A program made the translations under genes and the position numbers. Positions 39,886-52,834 of a stretch of DNA of 64,000 nucleotides are shown one piece after another; positions within the stretch are counted from its first letter, which is position 1; each line of letters opens with the position of its first letter. This stretch comes from Octopus sinensis (lineage: Eukaryota), in NCBI RefSeq assembly GCF_006345805.1, contig NC_043001.1, positions 35,402,001 to 35,466,000 on the forward strand. The letters are read 5' to 3'. The notes under the pieces are model-generated. The model had not been told where the DNA came from and did not search any database. It worked only from the letters and a program-made list of their open reading frames with translations.

Positions 39886-40767
39886 TCTGTCGTGATCACC
39901 TGCATCGTCCGCGTCGCGCCTCATCATTGTTACTATCATCAGCATCCTCAGGACTGATGTTTATAAATGATATTTAAATTAAATTTCAAGGAAAGATGTT
40001 CATAGTAGTTTTACGCGCTTTTACAGTAGATTGTTTTTTCTTTTTTTTTTTTTTTGTTTATATACATCAACCACGAAAATATCGTCATGGAGACTAAGAA
40101 CGTTAAATGACAGTAAAAACAGAATCAGAAAAGAAAATCAAATTTGTATAGGAACATTCACATATACAATGTAGAAGCACATATATATGTATATGAGAAT
40201 ATGTACGTATAAAAATCACCAATAAAAATTATATACACACATGTGTATATACATGCATATATACATATGTCTACATCTGTATGAACACAGAAATTATCAC
40301 TGCCGCAAACACGCAGGCTTGCCAACATAAAAGCCAACACATATGCACGCATCATGACGCCAGGGCAGGAACAAAATTAAACATAACTAAATAATTTTTC
40401 ATCCCTCGGGGATATCTATGTATGGCTTGTTAATATGGAGTAAATGGAAAATACAGAAATTTATGCATGTGTCCACACGTACAGAAAAGTTCGCAAATGT
40501 CCATGCACATATGTACACACACACACAGACATATATACTATATATTTGTGAAAAGGGCGGACATTGTATCACAAGCAGTTGTGCTGGCAAAAGTGTTAGT
40601 AAATGTGGTCGGATTGAACTGATAATTTGCACACCTATGTTGAAAGTGCTTGAGAGTTTTCATAGCAAGTTTGAGTTTGCTCAATTGAAAGACGTGGCCT
40701 CTAGGGCAAAATTCCTCATCTTTAAAATGTGGCCCGAGTAGACCTGAATGAAATTGGGTTATAATTC

Positions 40768-40844
<77 letters not shown>

Positions 40845-40948
40845 ATATAAACATAAACATCAAGATAAGCATATATATATGTATGTGTTTATATGCGTAT
40901 TAATGTCTATATACAAATATAAATATTAAAAGATATATATATATATAT

Positions 40949-41215
40949 AATTGCAGCGTGGAAGGTGTTTATAAGTCATTTAAGAAACACAGAAAATCCG
41001 TTAGATTCACTTCAACATCTAAATTTAATTTGTCAAGATATTTTCATCGCTTTGAGACCGCGACCTTTTCACTGACAGCACGGAATTTTGTCAGTGAACA
41101 GGTCGCGGTCTCAAAGCGACGATAATATTTTGGCAAATTAAATTTAGATGTTGAAGTGAATCTAACGGATTTTGTGTTTCTTAAATGGCTTACAATCACC
41201 TTCCACGCTGCAATT
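40949..41215. mobile_element. Palindromic Penelope-type tail pair: ~128-bp arms, 11-nt spacer, next to (TA)n
   Basis: 40949-41077 is the reverse complement of 41089-41215; each arm has a hammerhead-like fold with a non-canonical core. Confidence 0.8.
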
Positions 41216-41399
41216 GTTTTCGTTCCAGCACACGATCTCAGATCAGGTCACTTGCTATTTCCAGTACATCTCCGTAATATATATATAAACAATCGAAGAC
41301 AAGAATTCATATCAAACTATATGCTGCAAACTACCTAGAACCCACAGGAGTAAAAAAGATTAGCGTTTTCTACGTTGTCTTATTTTCTTTATATATATA

Positions 41400-41905
41400 C
41401 TAGCAGTATCGCCCGGCGTTGCTCGGGTTTGTAAGGGAAATAACTATATAAGCATTTTTAGAGAGTTACTTCCCTTATAAATTCGGGCTTTCTTAGCCAT
41501 TTTTGTTTTGGTGTCTTCAAGCCATGAAGTCGTTGTTCTAAAAGAACGCTGGTTTCCTTCACAACGCATTACGACGTTGATTTCCTTAAACTCCCTTCCC
41601 CACAGCTTCACGAGGGAGGGAAGGGGGAGAAGCAAACAGGTGCAGCTGTGAGCGTGGACGCCAGCTCCGCCGCCATCGACATACGATGCATTTTATGCAT
41701 TAAAATGGAATAAAAAATGATGTTAAATTATTTTTAAAATCGTAGACTCATCGTTGACGCGCGCTAATAGTCAGACGGGCTCGATATGAATCACGACTAT
41801 AAGATACCCGAATTTGGTTAAACTGCACCGCAAAATGTGGGAGTAGTTAGGAATCTAAATCGAAGGGGACAGACACTCACACAACTACAGTTTTATATAT
41901 ATAGA
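41400..41905 (-). mobile_element. Non-autonomous Helitron
   Basis: On the minus strand A|TCTATATATATAAAA...CCCGAGCAACGCCGGG-8nt-CTAG|T: canonical TC/CTAG ends, AT target, no TSD. Confidence 0.9.
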
Positions 41906-42081
41906 TAACGGAATATAATAAAATGAGACAAGAATACAAAACATCCAGACAGATTATATAAAAACTGGGAAACATCCAGACAGATGATACAAAAAATTAA
42001 AAAAACAAGGACGGATCATTCGGAGTTTTCTTTCTTCAGTCGAGTTTCAGGTTATCTTTGCAATATCAATTTCCAGTGACG

Positions 42082-42290
42082 AAGGAGTGCTGGAAACTTC
42101 CTGACTTCAAGGGTGTCTCGACAGGCCTGGCTGGTGGTCCAAACGTTAAATTTCTTTTACGGGGTTTAGAAAAAATTGAACTACTCTTGTAATAATGAAT
42201 CAGATCAGGAAATATGTTAGATAAAATCATAATTAATTTTTTCTCTTGCATTTTCTTTTACTCAAAGCCAGGAACTTTTCAGTCCCCCCC
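42082..42290 (+). mobile_element. Mariner-derived MITE, diverged
   Basis: TIR-like ends GTGCTGGAAACTTCCTGACTT and AAAGCCAGGAACTTTTCAGTCCCC; homologous to 59273-59492. Confidence 0.65.
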
Positions 42291-42341
42291 AATTTAAAGA
42301 TACATATATATACATATATACATACATATATATATATATAT

Positions 42342-42447
<106 letters not shown>

Positions 42448-42594
42448 ATATGTGTGTGTGTATATGTATGTATGTGTATATATATTATATATATATATAT
42501 ATATATATGTATATGTATGTATGTATATATATAATATATATATATATATAATATATATATACATATATGCATGCATACATGTATATACATTTAT

Positions 42595-42800
42595 AGTGAA
42601 TCAATCCAAATAAACGGATACAAAACAAAAAGTGAAGACAAGCAACTAACGTGCGGAAGAATTGATTGACGCTCAATGAAAGGAGAGAGTTTAACGTTTC
42701 GAGCAAAGCTCTTCGTCGGAAAGGAGAAAGGAAAAAAAATTCAAACAAGGAGAAGAAGAAATCACCAATGGACCACGTGATGACATGAATGTAAATCGTG
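42595..42800 (-). mobile_element. Penelope-type tail with hammerhead-like fold at 42690-42724 (CCGACGA core)
   Basis: TTT-CCGACGA-A-GAGC(TTT)GCTC-GAAA-C-GT-T/AAA. Confidence 0.55.
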
Positions 42801-43890
42801 GTAACATAAATATATGCATTTACATATACACGCACACTCGCACACAGACACACATACACATACGCGCACTCAACACACACGCGAATGTTATGGTGCAATG
42901 TATTCCATTTCGTGTGGTGTGCATTTGTGGTATTCACGTGCTGTGAGCACGTGCATGCATGTAATGAAAAGGTCTTGAATTATTTTATAATGAAACAAAT
43001 CACAAACCGGAACATGAATGAACGAAGTAATATGACAAAGAAATATTTAAAAAATGAGTATTAAAAAATGCAAAAGATGGTGAGAGAAAAATGAAGCTGT
43101 TTTAGACGTATCGAACAAAACGGCTTAATTCTAAAAATCACGAAAGCCTGTTGAAAGTGAAATGGTTGATCCAAACAAGGTGTTAGCGGTAATTGTTCTC
43201 GTAAAAATATAGCCATCTTGCTTCACAGGGCATATTAGAAATAATAATAAAATGAATGTTTGATTGTGTTAATGAGGCTCATGATGGAGGTATTGTTAAT
43301 AGGATGATAGTGGTGGTAGTGGTGGTGTTGAAGATGGTGGTGGTAGCAATGGTGGTGGTGGTGGTGGTTGTAGTGAAGATGGTGGTGATGGTGGTGGTGT
43401 TGGTGATGATGGCAGTAGCGGTGGTGATGGTAGTGATGATGGTGGTGGTTTTGGTGGTGGTAATAGCGGTGGTGTTGGTAGTTATTGTATAGGTGGCGCT
43501 TGTGGTTGTACAGGTGGTGGTTTTGGTGGTAGATGGTGAGGGTGGGAGTAGGGCCTGGTGGAAGTATTGTTAAACGACGGTGCTAGGAGCTGATAGTAAC
43601 AGTGGTTGATGGTTTTTGAGTGAATGGAAGTGGTGGGAGAGGAATTCACAACGATGGTCGGAGATGTGTTAGCAATAGTGGTGGGAGTTGAATAACCAAT
43701 TGGGGTGGGAGTTGTACCTGTTAAAATAGGGGTGTACGTGGTGGCAAGGGTGGCGGTGGTGGCGGCTGCTGCTGCTGTAGTGCTAATAGTTGTTGATGTT
43801 ATTCTTATATTATCATTACATCTTATTATTTCTAGTATTATCATTACATCTTATTATTTCTAGTATTAATAATGGTCGAGTATGTTAAAA

Positions 43891-44222
43891 CAGCATGGCT
43901 CAGTGGTTAGAGCGTCGAGCTTACGATCGTGAGGTTGTGAGCTCGAATCTCAGACCGGGCTGCGTGTTGTGTTCTTGAGCAAGTCACTTTATTTCACGTT
44001 GCTCCAGTTCGCTCAGCTGTTGAAATGAGTTGCGACGTCACAGGTGCCAAGCTGTATCGGCCTTTGCCTTTCCCTTGGATAACACTGGTGGCGTGGAGAG
44101 GGGAGGCCGGTATGCATGGGCGACTGCTGGCCTTCCATAAACAACCTTGCCCGGACTTGTGACTAGGAGGGTAACTTTCTAGTTGCAATCCCATGGTCAG
44201 TGTCGTTACCGAAGGGGGTCAC
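43891..44222 (+). mobile_element. SINE family C, full length, with 14-bp TSD
   Basis: tRNA-like head; ATGTTAAAACAGCA direct repeat at 43882-43895 and 44225-44238. Confidence 0.92.
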
Positions 44223-44248
44223 CGATGTTAAAACAGCAGCGGCAGCAC

Positions 44249-44280
<32 letters not shown>

Positions 44281-44544
44281 ATAGTAGTAGTAGTAGCAGC
44301 AGCAGCAGTAGTAGTAGTAGTAGTAGTAGGAGGAGGAGGAGGAGGAGGAATCATCATCATCATCATCATCATCATCATTATCATCAGGAACACTATTAAT
44401 GATATTTACAAGGGTTATATATATATGTATTGGCGGTTATTGGCGTAATCAAAAGAGCGTTCGATAAAATGTTGCGCGACGTTTCCTCTGATTCAATGTT
44501 TTCTTGGTTCAATTCCCATTGAGATCAACTTGGCTCTTCAGCCT

Positions 44545-44670
44545 CTGTTTTCTTCTCTCGTACCTCTGAACTTTGGAATTCCCTTCCTCGGTCTTGTTTT
44601 TCACTCTTCAACATGACCTCCAGTCTTTTAAGTATAATGTACATCGTCACCTATCGACTTCTGTCAAGCG
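44545..44670 (+). mobile_element. CR1/Jockey-group LINE ORF2 C-terminal remnant
   Basis: FFSRTSELWNSLPRSCF, a frameshift, then DLQSFKYNVHRHL; matches the SFFPRTxxLWNSLP..YDLxxFKxxVNRxL pattern. Confidence 0.65.
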
Positions 44671-45989
44671 TCCGTTTTATTCTAGTATCTCACACGTTTT
44701 CAGTGGTCTAAGGAGCTTGTAACGAGCGAATACTTTATAAACACAACGTAAAGATAAAAAGAAATCAAGACGGCAGATTAACGAGACTGTGAGAACGTAG
44801 GCCCGAATACCATGCGGTATTTGTTCCGAATCTTTGCATACTGAGTTCAAATCACACCATGAACTACTTGGTTAGTATACTTAATTTTTCGCCTGGTTGA
44901 AGACACAAAGGCAAAATAAATATGACGGTATGGTCACGGCTAAAACAGCTTTGATCATCAACCTGCTACGGATTGACCAAGGGTTAAAAACTATCTTTCA
45001 GTTTAACACTACCAACAGTTACATCGGAATTCACTTTGTTGTAAGCAGTCGGGTCACTGGAAGATCCTTCCAGTTTACAAGATACAAAAAAAAAAACAGA
45101 AAAAGCATAATAACCATAAACGAAGATATCAGTGTGTATTGTTTACCCAAAACAGATTTATGGTAGTCAAAGCCATTTCAACCGTGACCATCCTGTATTT
45201 TTAAAAATTCCTATTCATTGACTGTTAATACTAAGTAATCTATATCTTATGAAGCTAATATAGAGTTATAAGGCGGCAAGCAAACAGAATCTTTAGCAGG
45301 TCAGGCAAAATGCTGCCGGGGTCGACTTTGACTTTCATTCTTTCAGAGTTAATAATATAAGTAGCAGTTGAGCACAGGGTCAATCTAATCTTGTAGAACG
45401 GACACAATACCACATTATTTAATATGCTAATAGCCACCACCACCGAAGTCCTACCATTGAAAGACACTAGGGGCGTGATTTTCTAGAATTGAGTGTTACT
45501 TCAAGTATATCAAAAAACCAAATGGAGATTTCTTCTTCTTCTTCTTCTTCTTCTTCTTCTTCTTCTTCTTCTTCTTCTTCTCTTCTTCTTCTTCTTCTTC
45601 TTCTTCTCTACTACTACTACTCAGTGATAGCACTGATGTTTGTTTGTTTTTTATACAAAAATAGCCCTTACTTTGCAGGCCTATAACCAAAGGCTTTCCA
45701 ATCGCGACCATTCCATATTCATTCCAGACTGTGTATAACTAGAACATTCTACATAATCCATTTATCAAGATGTTAACGAGTGATTTGAGGGATATTTAGC
45801 TGTTGTTTCTAACGGATTTTTCTTGTTGTCGATTACTGGTGTCTCTTAATATGGCTGTACTGCAGAAAATGGGAGGAACCAGTTGCTTCTCCTACATGGA
45901 CTGAAAGTGAAAGTAATAAAGCTGAATATGTAAATACAAAAGGCGGGAAGAAGAAGGGGAAAGTCGCAAGGTTCTTATAGTCGGGCTGT

Positions 45990-46800
45990 TGGTATTAGTT
46001 AATGGTGATAGCAATGATGGTAGGGATAGAGTAGCTACAGTCGCTGTATATGTTGACCGTGGTAATGGTGATGGTGTTGGTGTTGGTGGTGGTATCAGAG
46101 GAGGTGGTGATTGTGGTGGTTTTAGATACTGAAGATAGTTGTGACTATTGTAGGAGTAGTGGTTGCGTTGTTATAGATATCCTCTATCGATATTACTACC
46201 GTTGGTAGTTGTAATCAAGATGGTGTTAGTGGTGGCAATGGTAGTGGTGGTTGTAATAGTGGTAGCGATAGAGGTCGTCGTGATGGTAGTCGTTGCGATG
46301 GTGGTGGTAGTCAGGGAGTTTGTGGTGGTAGTAGTTGTAGTGTACGTCGTGGTTGCGGTGGTTGTGATGCTAGTGGTAGTCCTGGTAGTCGTGGAGGGAG
46401 TGATGGTGATGTTATGGTAGTTGTCATGATGGCGGTGTCGTTGTTGTTGTTGATGGTGGTAGTGGTGGAGATGGTGATAGTGATTATGGTAGTCGTGATG
46501 GTGGTGTTGTTAGTGGTGGTGAGTGGTAGTGGTGGCGATGGTGGTGGTGATGGTATTAGGTTTATTGTTGTTGCTGACGATGATACTTGAACTATTTATT
46601 CCTTCTGCTGCTGTTACTGACGACGGCGGAGGCGGCGGTGGTACTGACGGCGGTGGCAGCGGCGACTACAGTTCCAGCGGCGGTGGCAGCGATGGTAAGT
46701 GATCAGTGGTCACGATGGTAGTCGTTGAAATAAATGGGGTCTGATAGAAATGACAATGATGGTGGAGATGGCGAAGATGGAAGAAATGGCGAAGATGGCG
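45990..46800. repeat. Degenerate GGT/GTT/GAT trinucleotide low-complexity region
   Basis: Val/Thr-rich pseudo-ORFs only. Confidence 0.85.
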
Positions 46801-47124
46801 GTGCTAGATTTAGCTAATTGCGAACAGTGACATTAGCAAAAGGAACTAATGATTTTAATGGCGATAATAACTGCAACATTAATGAGGTTACAAATGCTGC
46901 TAGCGGACAATGTAACATTTTAGGCTAATGACAGGTTTATAAGGGAATCATCGTAACCGAGTTTTTACAAGAACGACATAATTGTACTGATGCTGTTGAA
47001 GAATTTTCATAAACCTGCTGCAGGTGTTAAATATTGTTGTTGCTGTAGTTGTTGTTGTTGTTGTTGTTGCTGTTGTGTTACCGTTGTTGTTGTTACTGCT
47101 GTTGTTTGCCTTGTTTAGTATCCA

Positions 47125-47302
47125 AGGCGTAGGATTGGATGTGTGGTAAGTAGCTTGCTTACCAACCACATGGTTCTGGGTTCAGTCCCACTGCGTGGCA
47201 ACTTTGGCAAGTCTCTTCTACTATAGCCTCGGGCCGACGAAAGCTTTGTGAGTGGATTTGGTAGACGGAAACTGAAAGAAGCTCGTCGTATCTATATCTA
47301 TA

Positions 47303-47353
<51 letters not shown>

Positions 47354-47578
47354 ATGTGTCTGTATGTTTGTGTGTCTGTGTTTGTCCCCACCAACATCGC
47401 TTGAAAACAATGGTGGTGTGTTTATATCCCCGTAACTTAGTGGTTTGACAAAAGAGACCGATAGAATAAGTACCACGCTTGCAAAGAATAAGTCCTGGGG
47501 TCGATTTGCTCGACTAAAAAAGGCGGTACTCCAGCATAGCCGCAGTCAAATGATTGAAACAAATAAAAGAGTAAAGAG
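47125..47578 (+). mobile_element. SINE family A, full length
   Basis: Head, internal (TA)/(TG) tract, 3' half. Confidence 0.9.
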
Positions 47579-47579
47579 T

Positions 47580-48930
47580 TGTTATTGCTATTCTGGTTGT
47601 TGTTGCTGTTGTGGCGGTGGCGGCGGTGGCGGCTGTGGTTGTTGTGATTGTGGGCGTGGTGGTGGTGGTGGTAGTGGTAAGATGGTGGTAGGACGGTGGT
47701 GGTGATTGTGGAGTTAGTGATAGCGGCACTGGTTGTGGTGGTGTTGATGGCTGTCGTTGTAGTGGTAGTGGTAGTTATGGTGGTGTAATTCGTGTTAGTG
47801 GTAGCGATGGTGGTGGTAGGGGCGATAGTTGTGGCTGCCGTTGTGGTGGTAGTGGTGAAGGTGATGTTGGTGGAAAAGGTGATGGTGATTGTGGTGGAAG
47901 TGGTAGTGGCGGTGATAGTGGTAGTAGCGGAGCAGGTGATTGTCACAAAAGTGGTAGTAGGGTGGTGGTGGTGGTGGTGGTTGAGGTGGTTGTGGTGATG
48001 GGTGGTGAAAGAGGTGCGGAGGTGATTGAGGAGGAGGAGGTGGTTGTGATGGTGGTAGAAGTAGCTTTGTTAGAGTTTCTGGTTGCGGTTGTGGTGGTAA
48101 AGGAAGACATAGCGGTTGTGAGGTGATGGTATAAGAGGTAGTGGGTGGTGGTATTGCTGTTGGTGATGGTGCTGATGATGGTGGTGGTGGAGGTGGTGAT
48201 GATTAAGTCCATGTTTGTGGCGTTGCTGGTTGTGGAGGTGGAGATGGTGGTGTAGTCGATATTGTTGGTATTTGTGTTGGTGCTTGTAGCAGAGCCGGCG
48301 GTGCTGGTAGTAATGGTGGTGGTGGTGGTCATGGTTTCGGTGGTAGTTGTTATTATTCACACTTTTTCTGTTTTCTTTTATATACTTTAGTTATTCGATT
48401 TTTGTTGTCGCTAAACTATTGTTTTCCGTCGTAAATACAGTAATTCTTGCAAGCGTTGCTATAGGAACGGTTTCTAATTTCACAGTGTTATTTATTTTTT
48501 TATTGTTTTAGTTTTGCTGTTGTTTTTGTTGCTTTTGCATTTGTTTTCATTTTATGTTGCCGTTGTTGTTATTGCTGTTGTTGATGATATTGTTGTTGTT
48601 GCACTACATGTTGCAGCTCTAGTGCTGACGACGACGACGACGACGAAAATGATGATGATGTTGATGATGATGACGATGATGATGATTATTGAGGATGACG
48701 GTGTTAGTGGTGTTGGTGGTGGTGGTGGTGGTGGCGGCGGTGAAGGTGTTGGCGTTGGTGTTGGTGGCGGTGGTGGTGATTGTGGCGATGGTGACAGTGG
48801 GACTCATTATGATGGTAACAATGACGAATTCCACAATAACGCCGGTGACGACGACGATAATGATGATGATTATGATGGTGATGACGATGATGATGATGAT
48901 GAAGATGAGGTGGAGGATGAGGAGGAGGGT
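47580..48930. repeat. Degenerate GGT/GAT/GTT trinucleotide low-complexity region
   Basis: Thr/His/Val-rich pseudo-ORFs in several frames. Confidence 0.85.
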
Positions 48931-49125
48931 GTCTTTCTAAAATTAAACAATCACAAAATTGAAACATGATGTCTATGAGATAATTCATGATTAATTCAAA
49001 ACAAAGTGTATAAATAAGTACTACATTTCACAGTGTATTCTGAATGGGAAAGAGTTAATGATGTACTGACCATAAATATTTTCAGTTGTATCTACGTTTC
49101 ATTTTATGAAGAACACTACGTTAGT

Positions 49126-49856
49126 AACGTAAAGTGTACTAGCCATCTGAATGTGGCTAGCCACTGGGGGTGGGGTGTTACTGACGCTTTTAGCCCCAGG
49201 AGATCGACGTCTCCAGCTGGCCTTAGACACAATTTCAGTGCCCTTGTGTTATTTGCAAAGGGAGGTCATCCTCCCTCGAAAACCTAAGTGCTACATACGG
49301 ACTATAGTTTCAAGGTAATTGCCTCTCGTCAACGCATGGTAAACACCGGTTTTCGATGAAGGAGACCCTCTGCAAATAATATTTAACGTTTTTCACAGCA
49401 ACCACGGTCACTGATTTAGAAAAACTGTCTGAAAGCATTAATAAATCTCTGAACGAGATATAAACAGTAACCGCTCGACAACGTAAGGTGTACTAGCCAT
49501 CTGAATGTGGCTAGCCACTGGGAGTGGGGTGCTACTGATGCTTTTCGCCCCAGGCGATCAACGTCACCAGCTGGCCTTAGACACAAAATTTCAGTGCCCT
49601 TGTGTTATTTGCAAAGGGAGGTCATCCTCCCTCGAAAACCTAAGTGATACATACGGACTATAGTTTCAAGGTAATTGCCTCTCGTCAACGCATGGTAAAC
49701 ACCGGTTTTCGATGAAGGAGACCCTCTGTAAATAATAATATTTAACGTTTTTCACAGCAACCACTGTCACTGATTTAGAAAAACTGTCTGAAAGCATTAA
49801 TAAATCTCTGAACGAGATATAAACAGTAACGGCTCGACAACGTAAAGTGTACTAGC
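49126..49856. repeat. Tandem duplication of a ~355-bp unit (2 units plus an 18-bp third start)
   Basis: AACGTAA(A/G)GTGTACTAGC at 49126, 49480 and 49839; the units are roughly 95% identical by eye. Confidence 0.92.
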
Positions 49857-49877
49857 AGTGTTCATTATATTGATAAG

Positions 49878-50092
49878 AAGGCGCCGAGCTGGCAGAAACG
49901 TTAGCATACTGAGCGAAATGTTTAGCCGTATTTTGCCTGCCGCTACGATCTGATTTCAAATTCCGCCGAGGTCGACTTTGCCTTTCATCCTTTCGGGGTT
50001 GATTAAATAAGTACCAGTGAAACACTAGGGTCGAGGTAATCGACTAGCTCCCTCCCCCAAATTTCAGGCCTTGTACCTATAGTAGAAATGAT
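49878..50092 (+). mobile_element. SINE family B, full length, tail type 2, with 16-bp TSD
   Basis: ATTATATTG(A/T)TAAGAA at 49864-49879 and 50091-50106. Confidence 0.9.
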
Positions 50093-51649
50093 TATATTGT
50101 TAAGAAAGACCCCTGTCGTCTATAGAGTAATCCAAAAAATATGTCTATAAAAAATAAACTAACTGGCCATTGATGGAACACCTTAGATTAATACTCTGAT
50201 GGATCAAGCTGATTTAGATTTCGTAACACCAGTGAGTGTTATATTTACCATTTTCTATTGAGATGCTAAACTATCATATCATGTGGCTGGCTGCGAATAT
50301 ACTTCATCGGAAAAACCCAAAACGGTGGAAATGCGTCTGGTCTTTTCTCTGGCTGTTGACCAAATTTTTCGTCTCGCTCCGATACTTATTGTGTTTTTAA
50401 CGCACTACGACTAAAAGAGATGTAATTTCTGGACGCATACCTTAGTAGTTGGTGTATGAACAGTTCATATGCATTTAGTATGGTACATAGATGGCTATTT
50501 TATTAATATCAGTTCGAGGTTAAATGCACTAATTAATCATGAGTTAAGTGAGTAATGTTGTCGTCCATTCAGCTCTAAGTAGACACAAAACTACTGTGTA
50601 GCACCTGGGGTTGCAATAAATGAAAGCACCCCCGTAGTCAAGGCGGTCTCTGCAGATTCAGGTGAACACATACCCCGCAGTCCTATGCAAATCTAATTAT
50701 TATTTAACACTCATTTTGTTTTTCACAAATTACACAGTTAATGGGGTTTCCATTTAAAAATTGAGACCCCACTCCTCTCTCTCTCTCACAACAGTTGACA
50801 TCATGGCTACGTCTGTACAGAGAGCAACTATTCTGATTAATTTGTACAATGACATACGCAAACGCGCACACACAAGTACACACATACACAAACACGCTCA
50901 TACACAAACATACACACATGTATTTAACAGAACTATTTCATCACTCATATAATACACTCCTTGATCTTACAATCAAAGAGAATTTTAGTTTGTGAGCATT
51001 ATAAAAATGCAAAGAATTTAGATTCCTTTCAGAAATATAGAAACTTGAGTTCTTCATATTTCCCGCAGTTAAGTACATCTTCAACATCACCAATTAACAC
51101 ACACATGCACCATGCATTCTCTCATTTAAATGTGTAGCCAAGCGTAGAAACGACAGACGTTGTACAAGCCTTCTCGTTTTCAAAGTAAACCCTGTCGATA
51201 TTTTCTTTAGCTGAAACCACAGCCATGAAAACATTGAGATAATGTAACAGATAATGTAAATATGGAAGTGTAAATAATATGTGTGCTTGCCTCTGCGCGT
51301 GCGCGTGTATGAGTGTGTTTGTGTGTGTGTGTGTACTATTAATGTGAAAGCGCGCTTGTTTATGCGCCTGTGTAAGTTAGCATAACGTCTGGGGGGAAAC
51401 TGGAAACACGTAATCCAGTTAGTTAAGAAGGGTAAATACCGCTAGACAATATAGCGTGCCTAAGTGATATGTAAGAAAGAAATAGCATTAAATTACAGTA
51501 TAATAATTCATTCTATGCATTATATATATATATATGCACGTATTAAAAGTGAAGATATGTATAAGTTAATACTACATTTTTTTCTCTATTTTTTTCATTC
51601 TACAGGCGACGATTTCGGCGATAACGCCCAGGAAGAAATGTAAACAGAT

Positions 51650-51717
<68 letters not shown>

Positions 51718-52443
51718 GGTGGTGGTGGGAGAGAAGGACAGAATAAAGAGCGGATGACAATGTAGACCAATACTTATGTACAGTGATTTCTTAGTTTCCT
51801 AGTTCATATATGATGATGGTTATACAACGTGAGTAGAGGCTCGTGGCCGGTGGAGGTGGATCGGTTTGGGTTTTGCAATAGTGATCGTAAGTTCGTGGTT
51901 TCAATTCCCAAAACGGTTGGTGCGTTGCATTCCTGAGCAAAACACTTCATTTCCTGTTGCTCCATCCCACTCAGCTGTAAATAAAGAAGCCTCTGACGGA
52001 CTGACGCCTATTGCGATCTTGGTCACTTATGCCGGGTAACTGGCGTTTTGTGTCCTAGGACCCAGTGAGTACTTTATTAGTTAGAAAAATTTGGTGGACA
52101 TCTTTAGCAACAACACAGCACCAAGTATTATTGGTTAAATCTTTCACCATCGAAAGTAACTTCAAATTTGTTATGAGAAAGAAAATTACGTAATGAACTG
52201 CACCACATTACTTGGCAGGTAATATTTTAATCATTGTGGGAAAAACGAAAAGCTAAATCAGTCAGTCATGTCAGTGAAGTGAAAATGGAAAAAACTGACA
52301 GCCATTTAGTCCGGCGATCTAATGCTTCGGAGAATTCGTTATCCCTAATAACAACAATAATTGGTTTTCATAGAGATCTGAGTCCAGAAATTTGAGCAAG
52401 ATAAAAGATTAAATCAAAACCCATACTTGACGAGTATTTTATC

Positions 52444-52660
52444 TATTTCTTTATTGCCCACAGCGGGGACAAACAAGGATAGACAAACGGATTAAGTCGA
52501 TTACATCGACCAAAGTGCGTAACTGGTACTTATTTAATCGACCTCGAAAGGATGAAAGGCAAAGTCGACCTCGGCGGAACTTGAACTCACAACGTAGCGG
52601 CAGAAGAAATAGCGCTAAGCATTTCGCCCGGCGTGCTAATGTTTCTGCCAGCCCGACACC
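52444..52660 (-). mobile_element. SINE family B, tail type 1
   Basis: Reverse-complement core and a tail ending GTGGGCAATAAAGAAATAG. Confidence 0.88.
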
Positions 52661-52834
52661 TTGACTGGCACTTTATTTGAACGACACTCAAGGGGTGAAC
52701 ACGGCTGTACTTGAACTCTAAGTATAGGGGGCTGTAAAATAAATCGATGGACTGAGTCAACACCCTACGGTTTCAATCGATACACAAACGAATTCTGTCA
52801 ATGTCCAACGGATTCTGTTATTTACATTGACATT

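Noticed and set aside
43891-43965. tRNA-like sequence with A and B boxes (also at 18180-18252 and 35268-35335)
   Set aside because: The acceptor stems do not close and each continues into a repeated SINE body, so these are SINE heads, not tRNA genes.
49130-49230. Possible HDV-like ribozyme in the 355-bp tandem unit (also tried at 36344-36442)
   Set aside because: I could not place the P3/L3, P1.1 GG and J4/2 elements in the required order on either strand.
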